Assembly: GCA_035294225.1 (NCBI GenBank)
Contig: DATGLH010000165.1
Location: forward strand, 2,831-66,830
DNA length: 64,000 nucleotides
Direction of reading: 5' to 3'
From: Trebonia sp.
GTDB taxonomy: Bacteria > Actinomycetota > Actinomycetes > Streptosporangiales > Streptosporangiaceae
Below, in pieces: positions 10,142-19,300 of the stretch. The position numbers and the translations under genes were made by a program. Within the stretch, counting starts at the first letter, position 1. Each line of letters starts with the position of its first letter. The notes beneath the pieces are model-generated. The model saw nothing but the letters and a program-made list of their open reading frames with translations, was not told where the DNA came from and made no database searches.

Positions 10142-11200
10142 ATGCGGGCAGAGCTGTACACCGCGGGTGAGCGGATGGAACTGAGGTGCGCGGTACCGTG
10201 GATCGCCCGCGTGCTGGCCGAGGGTGCCGCCGGCCAGCTAGCGGGCGCCGCCGGCGCCGCCGCCCCGGACGGCGCGGCGGCGCCGGACGTGCGCGTGACG
10301 GTCGAGCGGAGCGCGGCGGCCTTCGACGTCGCGGGCTGGCAGGTGCTGACCAGGGACGCCTGGTGCCGCGCCGGCCAGGTGGTCATGCGGGACGCATGTT
10401 CTTCCGGGCTCGATCTGCTGGTGACCGCGGACGGCGCGACGCTGGACATCCTCGCCCGGTGGCGGCCGCGGGTTACCGGGCGGGCGGCCGCGGCCGTGCT
10501 CCGCGCCCGTGGCCGGCTGCTGATCCGCGCTGTCCTGCTGCAGTACCCGGCGCTGTGGCGCGGTCAGCTGCGCGGCCGGGCCCCGCTGCACGCCGCCGCG
10601 TGCGGCACGGGCCCCGGCGGCCAGACGGTTCTGCTGGCCGGGCCGGGCGGGGTGGGCAAGTCCACGCTGGTGCACGGGGAGCTCACCCGCGGCGCGGTAG
10701 CGACCTGCGACAACCTGTGCCTGAGCGACGGGCGGTTCACCTGGGGCGTGGCGGAGCCGCTGCGGGTGCCAGCCGCCCGCGCCCTGCCCGGCCGCGCCCT
10801 GCCCGGCCCCGGGCGGCGCATGCCGCATGGCCGCAGGGAGGTCCCCTGGCCGGCCCGCGCGGACCGCCTGCTGCCAGACCAGCTGGTCGTGCTGGTCCGC
10901 GGCGGGACCGGCACCCCGACCGTGGCCTGCTGCGATCCCGCCGAGGCGGCGCGGCACCTGACGGCCGGGACTTACATGGCCGGGGAATTGCGCCGCTACT
11001 GGGCTTTTGCCGCGACGCTGGCGCTCGGCACCGGGGCGGGCGAAAGCCATCCGGCGGTGCGGGAGACGGCAGCCGCGCTGAGCGCGCGGCTGCCGTGCCT
11101 GAAGGTGGTGCTCGGCGGCCGGCCAGGAGTACCGCTGCGTGACCTGGTCGGCGCCGGAGGCGGTAACGGAGAGTTGACGATGCTGGGGGGACAGGCATGA
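10142..11200 (+). CDS. HPr-kinase-like P-loop protein
   Basis: PLHAAA followed by Walker A GPGGVGKST and CDN at the position of the HprK DD motif. Confidence 0.6.
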   Translation: MRAELYTAGERMELRCAVPWIARVLAEGAAGQLAGAAGAAAPDGAAAPDVRVTVERSAAAFDVAGWQVLTRDAWCRAGQVVMRDACSSGLDLLVTADGATLDILARWRPRVTGRAAAAVLRARGRLLIRAVLLQYPALWRGQLRGRAPLHAAACGTGPGGQTVLLAGPGGVGKSTLVHGELTRGAVATCDNLCLSDGRFTWGVAEPLRVPAARALPGRALPGPGRRMPHGRREVPWPARADRLLPDQLVVLVRGGTGTPTVACCDPAEAARHLTAGTYMAGELRRYWAFAATLALGTGAGESHPAVRETAAALSARLPCLKVVLGGRPGVPLRDLVGAGGGNGELTMLGGQA

Positions 11201-12366
11201 CCAGGCGGCTTCGGGTGGCGCAGGTCGTCACCAGGTTCATGGCCGGCGCGGGCGCCGTTGCCCTGCGCGGCGCGCTCGCCCTCGACCCGCACCGCTATGA
11301 GATCGTCTTCATCACCGGCGAGGGTGACCGGCTCGTGCGGGAGGCGCGCGAAGCCGGCTTTGAGGTGGCGCTGATGCCCCGGCTGCGCAGCGATATCGCT
11401 CCCGCCGATGACCGGCGGGCCCTCGCCGATCTGCGGGCGTGCCTGCGGGGCTTCGACGTGGTGCACACGCACAGCTCGAAGGCGGGCGTGCTCGGCCGCA
11501 CGGCCGCGCACCGCGCGCAGGTCGACCGCATAGTGCATACCTTTCACGGCTTCCCGTTCCACCAGTTCCAGTCGCGGCCGCGCCGCATGGCATACATCCA
11601 CATCGAACGGCGGGTCGGCAGGTACACGGACGTGTTCCTCGCCGTCGGCCCCGCCGTGGCGGCCGAGGCCATCACCCGCGGCATCGCGCCACCGGAGCGG
11701 ATCCGGACGATAGGCATCGGCGCCGACATGGCGGCGCCTCCGCCCGGGGCGCCCGACCGGGCGGAGGCGCGCCGCCTGCTGGGCGTGCCGCCGGGAATGC
11801 GGGTGGTCGGCACGGTGGGCCGGCTGGCCTTCCAGAAGGCGCCCGACGATTTCATCCGCGCGCTGGCCGTACTCCCCCGCGATGACGTCTTCGGCGTCTG
11901 GATCGGCGATGGCGAGCTCCGCCCGAAGGCTGAGCGGCTCGCGACGCGGCATGGCCTGCGCGGGCGGATGTCCTTCACCGGCGAGCGAAGCGACGTCGCG
12001 GCCCTCCTCCCGGGCCTCGACGTGTTCGCGATGGCCAGCCGGTACGAAGGGCTGCCCTGCGCGGTCGTGGAGGCGATGACGGCCGGGCTGCCGGTCGTCG
12101 CCACGGCGGTCAACGCGGTACCCAATGTGGTCATCGCGGGAGAGACCGGCCTGCTCGTGCCGCCGGGCAGGCCCGAGCTGCTTGCCCGGGCGATCGGGTA
12201 CCTGCTGGACAACCCCGCCGTCGCCGCGCGGCTAGCCGCCGCGGCCCGCGGGCGCCTCGGCGAGGATCTGACCCAGGCCGCGCTCGGCGCGGTGCTGGCG
12301 CAGAGCTATCAGGCACCGGCCGGCGAGGCCAGCCGGCCCGCCGAGCGTGAGCTGGCCGCGTCATGA
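11197..12366 (+). CDS. Glycosyltransferase family 4
   Basis: VHTHSSKAG, HTFHG, GRLAFQK, SRYEGLPCAVVEA (EX7E). Confidence 0.92.
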   Translation: MTRRLRVAQVVTRFMAGAGAVALRGALALDPHRYEIVFITGEGDRLVREAREAGFEVALMPRLRSDIAPADDRRALADLRACLRGFDVVHTHSSKAGVLGRTAAHRAQVDRIVHTFHGFPFHQFQSRPRRMAYIHIERRVGRYTDVFLAVGPAVAAEAITRGIAPPERIRTIGIGADMAAPPPGAPDRAEARRLLGVPPGMRVVGTVGRLAFQKAPDDFIRALAVLPRDDVFGVWIGDGELRPKAERLATRHGLRGRMSFTGERSDVAALLPGLDVFAMASRYEGLPCAVVEAMTAGLPVVATAVNAVPNVVIAGETGLLVPPGRPELLARAIGYLLDNPAVAARLAAAARGRLGEDLTQAALGAVLAQSYQAPAGEASRPAERELAAS

Positions 12367-13586
12367 CGGCCGCGCCCGCACCCGGGGCCGCGTCCGGCAC
12401 CGCAGCCACGCCAGCCGCCCGCGGCGCCGCGGGCATCCCGTTCTGCCGGACCGAGATCACGCCCGAGGCGCAGCAGGCGGCGGTCCGGGTGCTGTCGAGC
12501 GGGTGGGTCACGATGGGCAGGGAGACGATCGCGTTCGAGGAGGAATTCGGGGCCTGGGTAGGGGCGCCGCAGGTGGTCTCGGTCAGCTCATGCACGGCGG
12601 CCATCCAGATGGCCCTGGCCGGTCTCGGCCTGCCGCCAGGCGCACCGGTCCTCACCCCGGCGCTCACCTTCTGCGGCGCCGTCCATGCCATCGTGCACGC
12701 TGGCCTGCGGCCGGTCCTGGTGGATACCGACGAGCGGACGCTGACGGTCTCCGCCGACGGGGTGGCCAAGGCAGCCAGGCACGGCGCCGCCGCCATGGTG
12801 ATCCAGCACATGGCGGGCTATCCCGTGGACGGCGCCGAACTCGCCGCCGCGGCCGGGATCCCGGCCGCGAACGTGGTGGAGGACGCGGCGCACGGCCTGG
12901 GCGCGACGGTCCGCGGGCGGCCCGTCGGCAGCTTCTCCCGCGCGGCGTGCTTCAGCTTCTATGCCACGAAAAACCTCCCGGTGGGCGAAGGCGGGGCGAT
13001 CGCGACCACCGACGGCGACCTCGCCGCCCGCTGGCGGCGGATGCGGCTGCACGGGATGAGCGGCGACGCGTGGCGGCGGTACCACCGGTCGGGCAGCTGG
13101 CGGTACACCGTGGAAGGCGACGGGCTGAAGGCGAACTTCACCGACGTGCAGGCGGCGATCGGCCGGGCGCAGCTGCGGCACCTGCGGCAGTGGCAGCGGC
13201 GCCGCGCGGAGCTCGCCGCACGCTACGACACCCAGCTCGCCGGGATCGACGGGCTGGAGCTGCCGCCCCGGCCGGCGGCCGACCGGCACGCATGGCACCT
13301 GTACATCATCCGAGTGCACCCACGGCCGTTCGGAATGTCCCGTGACGAAGTATCCGAAAGGCTGGCCGAAGCCGGCATCGGCACGTCCGTGCATTTCATC
13401 CCGGTGCACCACATGCCTTATTTCCGCAGCCTGCTCGGCGCGGAGGCCTGCGGCGATCTCCCGGCCGCGGACCGGGTGTTCCCCCAGCTACTTTCCCTTC
13501 CACTGCACCCACGGCTGACAGATTCCGATGTGGAGACGGTGTGCGATGCGCTCGCCCGTCTCGGTAAGGCGGCGACATGGAGATAG
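12363..13586 (+). CDS. DegT/DnrJ/EryC1/StrS sugar aminotransferase
   Basis: SSCTAA, EDAAH, FSFYATKNL (PLP lysine), GEGG, HAWHLY. Confidence 0.93.
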   Translation: MTAAPAPGAASGTAATPAARGAAGIPFCRTEITPEAQQAAVRVLSSGWVTMGRETIAFEEEFGAWVGAPQVVSVSSCTAAIQMALAGLGLPPGAPVLTPALTFCGAVHAIVHAGLRPVLVDTDERTLTVSADGVAKAARHGAAAMVIQHMAGYPVDGAELAAAAGIPAANVVEDAAHGLGATVRGRPVGSFSRAACFSFYATKNLPVGEGGAIATTDGDLAARWRRMRLHGMSGDAWRRYHRSGSWRYTVEGDGLKANFTDVQAAIGRAQLRHLRQWQRRRAELAARYDTQLAGIDGLELPPRPAADRHAWHLYIIRVHPRPFGMSRDEVSERLAEAGIGTSVHFIPVHHMPYFRSLLGAEACGDLPAADRVFPQLLSLPLHPRLTDSDVETVCDALARLGKAATWR

Positions 13587-13612
13587 GCGGCATGGAGGTA
13601 GGCGGCATGGAG
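13574..13612 (+). repeat. 15-nt tandem repeat x~3 at the rtcB-like start
   Basis: ATGGAGATAGGCGGC ATGGAGGTAGGCGGC ATGGAG gives three in-frame ATGs. Confidence 0.8.
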
Positions 13613-15040
13613 ATCGAGGTCCTCAGCGGGGCTGGGGTGGACGGCGCCGACGGATGCACCGTCTTCGACAGCCCCGCCGCACAGGCTGACGCGGTCCTCA
13701 TCGGCAGGCTCAGCGAAGGCACGGCGGGGGCCGGGCTGGCAGCGCCGCCCGTGGTGCTGCCCGACTTCTGCCACAAGGCGAAGTCGGAGATGCCGTCGAG
13801 CATCGCGGTCGCGACCACCGGGGAAATCCGCCCGGCGCTCACCGACGCCGCCCTCAACTGCGGGATGGCCCTGATGACGCTCGACGTCGCGCGCCCCCCC
13901 GAGTCCGCGGTGACGGACTTCTACCGTCAGGTCGCGCGGCGCTTCCCCAGCCCGCCGAACTGGCGCCGGGAGCTCAGCTCCGCGGAGGTGCTGCGCGCCG
14001 CGACCGAGGGCGCCGAGTTCGCCGCCGACCGGTACGGCCTCAGCGATGACGAGCTTGATCACATTGAGGAACGCGGCCGGCTGGACATCGACGCGTACGG
14101 CGGTGCGCAGCGCGCCAGAAAGGAACTGCCCTGGCTGGTCGTCCAGATGAGCCGCCTGCGCTTCGGCGGTATCGGCCCGAGCACCCACTTCCTGGAGTTG
14201 CAGGAGATCGAGGAAATACTCGACCCGGCGGCAGCCGCGCGGCTCGGCCTGCACGCCGGGCAGGTGACAGTTCAGTTCCACAACGGCGGCGGCGTTCTGA
14301 CCGGCCAGCTGGGCGAGCTGTACGCCCGGCGGAAAAGCGCCTCGCGGATGCTCCGTGCCGAGATGTCCGTGCAAAAGCCGCTCACCCACCTGCTCACACT
14401 CCGCCCGGGGCTCAGGCGCCGGATGGCGGCCTACTTCACCCGCGGGTGCCCGGCGGTCCCCGTTGACGGCGATGACGGACGGCGGGTGCTGCTCGCGACG
14501 CGGCTGGCGATGAACTACGGCTTCGCCTACCGGATGGCGACGTACGCGGCGCTGCGCGAGATGGCCAGGTCGGCGTTCGGCGCCAGCGCGCGCCTCGTGG
14601 TCGATTCACCGCACAACTCCATCTACGAGGAGCAGGTCGGGGGGCAGCGGGCCTTCGTCCACCGGCACAACGCCTGCCGGGCCTACCCGGCGGCGCTGAT
14701 GGCGGATCACCCGGCCTTCGCCTCGACCGGCCAGCCGCTGCTGCTGCCGGGCACCAACCGCACCTCGTCCTACCTGTGCGTACCGGCGGACAGCGCGCAC
14801 CGGAGCCTGTACACCGCCTGTCACGGCTCGGGAAGCATTATCTCGGCCTTCGAGCGGACCGGGCGGTCAGGCCCCGATCCGCTCGGCCGGACCACCGCGC
14901 GATACCGGTATGACGGCAGCGCCCCGGCGCACGTGCCGCAGCTCGATGACCATGGCGTCAACGAGGCGCTGGGGATCCTCACCGGACACGGGCTAGTGCG
15001 GCCGGTCGCCAGGATGCGGCCGTTCGCGGTGCTCACATGA
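13577..15040 (+). CDS. Divergent RtcB-family protein (archaeal-type RNA-ligase fold)
   Basis: LPDFCH, LNCG, STHFLELQ, FHNGG, PHNS, VHRHNACRAYP, GQPLLLPG, TACHGSG and VARMRP occur in the same order as RtcB motifs; alternative starts at 13592 and 13607. Confidence 0.8.
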   Translation: MEIGGMEVGGMEIEVLSGAGVDGADGCTVFDSPAAQADAVLIGRLSEGTAGAGLAAPPVVLPDFCHKAKSEMPSSIAVATTGEIRPALTDAALNCGMALMTLDVARPPESAVTDFYRQVARRFPSPPNWRRELSSAEVLRAATEGAEFAADRYGLSDDELDHIEERGRLDIDAYGGAQRARKELPWLVVQMSRLRFGGIGPSTHFLELQEIEEILDPAAAARLGLHAGQVTVQFHNGGGVLTGQLGELYARRKSASRMLRAEMSVQKPLTHLLTLRPGLRRRMAAYFTRGCPAVPVDGDDGRRVLLATRLAMNYGFAYRMATYAALREMARSAFGASARLVVDSPHNSIYEEQVGGQRAFVHRHNACRAYPAALMADHPAFASTGQPLLLPGTNRTSSYLCVPADSAHRSLYTACHGSGSIISAFERTGRSGPDPLGRTTARYRYDGSAPAHVPQLDDHGVNEALGILTGHGLVRPVARMRPFAVLT

Positions 15041-15327
15041 GCGAGCCTGATGTGAGCGGTCTCGCATGGGCCGAGTTCCTGCCGCGCGGGGAGTACGTAG
15101 CCGTGCCGTCGCGCCGCCGCCCGCTGATCGTCGCCAGCCGGGATCCCGCGGTGCTGCGCTACCTCGCGGCCAGCGTGCTGTCCGTACCGCCCGGCGCCGG
15201 CCCCGTGCCCAGCCTGCTGGTGACCATCGGGCTGCGCGTGTTCCGGCGCCTCGGTTCGGCGCTCCTTGCCGGACCGCTTGCCGGACCGCTGCGGGCCCGC
15301 ATGAGATTCGTGACGACGGCAGGCTGA
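15037..15327 (+). CDS. Hypothetical 96-aa protein, possibly the N-terminal module of the following kinase
   Basis: ATGA overlap with the rtcB-like stop; YVAVPSRRRPL motif. Confidence 0.55.
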   Translation: MSEPDVSGLAWAEFLPRGEYVAVPSRRRPLIVASRDPAVLRYLAASVLSVPPGAGPVPSLLVTIGLRVFRRLGSALLAGPLAGPLRARMRFVTTAG

Positions 15328-15329
15328 CC

Positions 15330-16328
15330 GTGGGGATCCTGGCGAAACCCACTCTCGCGTCGTTCATCGACGAGGTCGGCGCCCGGGCCGCCTGCCTGGC
15401 ACTGTCGCGGGACCCGAACGCCAAGCTGACCATCCTGCTGTTCCCGCCGGGGACCGGACGGCCGGCCTACGTGGCGAAGGTGCCGACCACCGAGGCCGCC
15501 GCCCGCAGCGTGGAACGCGAGGCGGCGCGCCTGACCGACCTCGCCGCGTGTGAACTCGGGGCGGCGAGCACGACCGTCCCGAGGGTCGTCGCGCGCCTGG
15601 AGCACTTCGGGCGGCCCGTCATGGTCACGACCGCCCTGCCCGGCAGGTCCATGCTCGCGGGCTATCACTCCTGGCGGCACACCGCCCGCCTGGCATCGGT
15701 GGCCGCCGACCTCGCCGCCGCGGGCGCGTGGCTGTCCCGCCTTCACAGCGCCACCGCGAGCGGCTCCTGCCGCATGGAAGCATTGCTCGACGGGGTCGCC
15801 GAGGCGATCCGCGTCCGGTTCGGCGCACGCCACGGCACAGCCGCCGACGTCGCTTGTGTCGAGGGCCTGCGGCGGCGGCTGGCCGGCTTTTCCGCGCCGA
15901 CGAGCGTCGTGCACGGGGACTTCTGGCCCGGCAACCTGCTGGTCGCGGACGGCCGGGTGAGCGGGGTCATCGACTGGGAGATGGCCCGGCTGAACGGCCC
16001 GGCTCCGCGGGATCTCGCGCGTTTCGCCATCGCCTATTCCCTGTACCTGGACCGGCACACGCGCCCCGGGCACCGGGTGCCCGGGCACCCGGGGCTGCGG
16101 GCCGGCCCGTGGGGCGCGGGCGTGGACTACATGATGAACGGGACAGGCTGGTATCCCGGCCTCGTCCGTGCCTTCGTGCGCGAGGGACTGGAACGGCTCG
16201 GCGTGCCCGGTGGCTGCTGGCGTGACGTGCTGCTGGCCGACCTGGCCGCGACCGCCGCCGAGGCTGACCACGCCGAATTCGCCTGGAACCACCTGCTGCT
16301 GTTCAGGCGCCTGCGGAGCCGCTCATGA
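15330..16328 (+). CDS. Aminoglycoside phosphotransferase/choline kinase-like protein
   Basis: YVAKVP (ATP lysine), Brenner motif HGDFWPGN, IDWE; GTG start 2 nt after the upstream stop. Confidence 0.82.
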   Translation: MGILAKPTLASFIDEVGARAACLALSRDPNAKLTILLFPPGTGRPAYVAKVPTTEAAARSVEREAARLTDLAACELGAASTTVPRVVARLEHFGRPVMVTTALPGRSMLAGYHSWRHTARLASVAADLAAAGAWLSRLHSATASGSCRMEALLDGVAEAIRVRFGARHGTAADVACVEGLRRRLAGFSAPTSVVHGDFWPGNLLVADGRVSGVIDWEMARLNGPAPRDLARFAIAYSLYLDRHTRPGHRVPGHPGLRAGPWGAGVDYMMNGTGWYPGLVRAFVREGLERLGVPGGCWRDVLLADLAATAAEADHAEFAWNHLLLFRRLRSRS

Positions 16329-19300
16329 CGATGGTGATCGCACGCTCCCCGCGGCCGGACCCGGTCACGCCCCGCTCGCCGGCCGGGGCCGACGGCACGG
16401 CGCGGGCGGCAGCGCCGCCCCGGGGCAGCGCCGAGCGCGCCGCGGTGCTCACACTGGTCGCGGCCATCGCCTTCCAGCCGATCCTGCACCCGACCGGGCC
16501 TGGCAACAGCTCGCCGGTCGATGTCCTCACCGTGGCGTCGATCGTCACCGCCCTGGTCTGGATGGCGGGAACGCACCGCAAGCTGCGGGCGCCCTATTTC
16601 TTCCCCGTCACGCTGTATGTGGCCGCGGGAGCGGCATCCGGGCTGGTCTCGTCGCTGCCGAACACGGCACTGCTCACGCTGGCGATCGATGCGCTGCTGT
16701 TCACCTGGTGCCTGGCAGTCGTCAACGTGCTGTCGGCGCCCCGCGCCATGCGGTACGCCGTCGCGACCTGGAGCTGGTCCGGCATCGCCTGGGCGGCCGT
16801 CGCCATCATCGCGTGGGCCGGCCACATCACCTTCCTCGAGGGGGTGACCGCCGCCGAGGGCAACCGGGTGATGTTCACATTCGGTGATCCGAACTACGCC
16901 TCCTGGTACTGGGGATCGACGATCCTGGTTGTCTTCGCGGCGCGCACGCCCGCGAAGCGCTGGATTCGCGTGACCGGCTATCTCATGCTGCTGTGGGCGC
17001 TGATCCTGACCGAGTCCAATGGCGGCATGCTCGCGCTGTGCGCGGGCGTCGCCTTCCTGCTGCTCGTCCGCGGCCACCGGCGCCATGGCTGGGCAGGGGT
17101 CGTGGCGGCCGGCCTGTCCGTTGGCCTCGCGGTCAGCGCCTTCTTCACGGTCCTTCCGCTGAACGAGCTCAGGCAGTGGGCGGCGAACAGCAACCAGCCC
17201 CTGCTGGTCAACTCGATCGGGCGCAGCGCGCAGAGCACCTCGGAACGGAGCCTGCTGATCCGCGAGTCCATCCAGCTCTATGAGCGGTCAGACGGCATAT
17301 TCGGCGTTGGCCCGGCGAGCACCAAGCCGCTGACCGCGGCGCTGCTGTACCCCTACGCGAACGAGGCGCACGATGACTATCTCGCCGCGTTGAGTGAGCG
17401 CGGCGCTCTTGGCCTGTTCGCGTTCCTGCTGCTCGCTGCCTCGGCGGCGGCCAGGGCAGCACCGATGATCCGGCGGCCGCTGCCGGCCCCGTTCGCCGCC
17501 GCGGTGCCGAGGCCGGCCGGGATCGTGGCCGCGCTGATCACGGTGAGCCTCAACTCCTTCTACGAGGAGGTCCAGCATTTCCGCCCGCTATGGCTGCTGC
17601 TGGCGATCGTTGCGGTCCTCGGCCGTGCCGCGGTCCGCACGCGCTCGCCGGCACGGGGCCCCCGCCGCCCGGCGGCGCCGCGTCCCGGCGGCGGCCAGCT
17701 CGCTGCCGCGCCCGGTGCCGCGCCCGGTGCCGCGCTGATACCGGGCACCGTCGGCCGCGTTCGCCGGCAGGCCGGCTCACGGCTGCTGTCCCGGAACGCG
17801 ATGACCAATCTGGGCGCGCAGGCCGGGGCGCTGGCCGCGGTCTCACTGGCCAGCCTGCTGGTGGCCAGGACCGGCGGTCCGACCGTGGTCGGCGAGTACA
17901 CGCTGATCCGCGTGCTGCCGTGGCTGTTCGGGGTCATATTCTCCGGCGGCCTGCCGACGGCCTCGGCGTTCTTCCTCGCGGGCGAGCGCGGCGAAGACCC
18001 GCGCGCGCGGCCCACGGTGACCCTGATCGCCGCGGCCGGCGCCGGGCTCGGCTCGCTCGTGTGGCTCGCCTGCGCCGTCCCCTTCCGCCATGAGTTCTTC
18101 CGGCAGATGCCGGCCGCGCTCGTACTCGTCATGGCCGCCCTCGTCGTGACCCAGCTCTGGACGGTGACGGCCAAGGCCTGCTGCCAGGGAAGCGGGGATA
18201 TCGCGGGAGCGAACCTTGTCATCGTCGCGGAAGAACTCTGGTTCGTCTTCGTCTACCCGCTCGTGCTGCTTACCGTCGGTTACAAGGGGGCGACGTCCGT
18301 CCTCATCGCCAGCATCACCTCGGGCATGCTGGCCACGGCGACCGGGCTACTGCGCCTGCTCCGGCGCGGGTACTTCACCGGCTGGGGACGGCCGTCGCCG
18401 GCGCTGGCGAAGAAGATCCTGGCGTTCGGAGGGCGCGGCCAGCTCGGCAACATGCTCTGGCTGATGAACCTGCGGTTCGATTTCGTCCTGCTCGGCGCGC
18501 TCGCGGGACCGACGGTGCTGGGGATCTACGCGGTCGCTTCCAAGGTCGCCGAGCTCATGCGGCTGGCACCCACCGCCATCAACTATGTTCTCTACTCACG
18601 CTTCGCGCGTCTGCCCGCCGGGCGGGCGACCGCCGAGGCACGGCATCTGCTGCCCCGCGCGCTTGCGCTGACCCTCGCGTTGACGCCGCTCGTGGCGGCG
18701 GCCGCGTATATCGGGCTGCCGATCGTCTACGGTGACGCGTTCCGCGCCGCCATAGCCCCCGCCGAGATCATCATCATCGGGCTGTCCGTCGAGGGCGCCG
18801 CGGCCGTCTCCTCCGCCTTCCTGGTCGGGCGCGGCCGCCCCGGCGTGAACTCCATCGGGATGGGCGTCGGCGCGGCGATCACCGTGACGATGGACGCCAT
18901 TCTCATCCCGCGGTACGGCGCGTTCGGCGGCGCCGTTACCTCGGCCGTCACATACCTGACGACTACGATGGTGCTCGTCTTGCTGACCCGGCGGATGCTC
19001 AGCGGCAGGCCGCCGGCCGCCGTGCCGCTCCGGCACCTGGCACGCGCCCGCGCAGCGGGACCATGGCCACGCGGGGACTCTGCGGCGCGAAGGGCCGTGG
19101 ACGTCGTGGTGGCGGGTACCATACTCGCGCTCATCTCACCGCTGCTCCTGGTAATCGCGGCGGGCGTGCGGCTTACCAGCCGCGGACCCGCGCTCTACCA
19201 GCAGGCGCGGGCCGGACGGCAGGGAAGGCCGTTCACCATGCTCAAGTTCCGCTCGATGGTGCCGGGCGCTGACCAGGCTGGCCCGCTGGTCACCGCCCGG

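Noticed and set aside
10142-11200. Lasso peptide/RiPP cluster suggested by the HprK-like kinase
   Set aside because: No precursor, cyclase, peptidase or RRE gene seen
13577-15040. Annotating the gene as a canonical rtcB RNA repair ligase
   Set aside because: Several conserved residues appear substituted and no RNA-repair partners are nearby, so the symbol was withheld
15330-16328. Aminoglycoside resistance gene
   Set aside because: Only the general APH fold motifs are present and the gene is coupled within a biosynthetic operon
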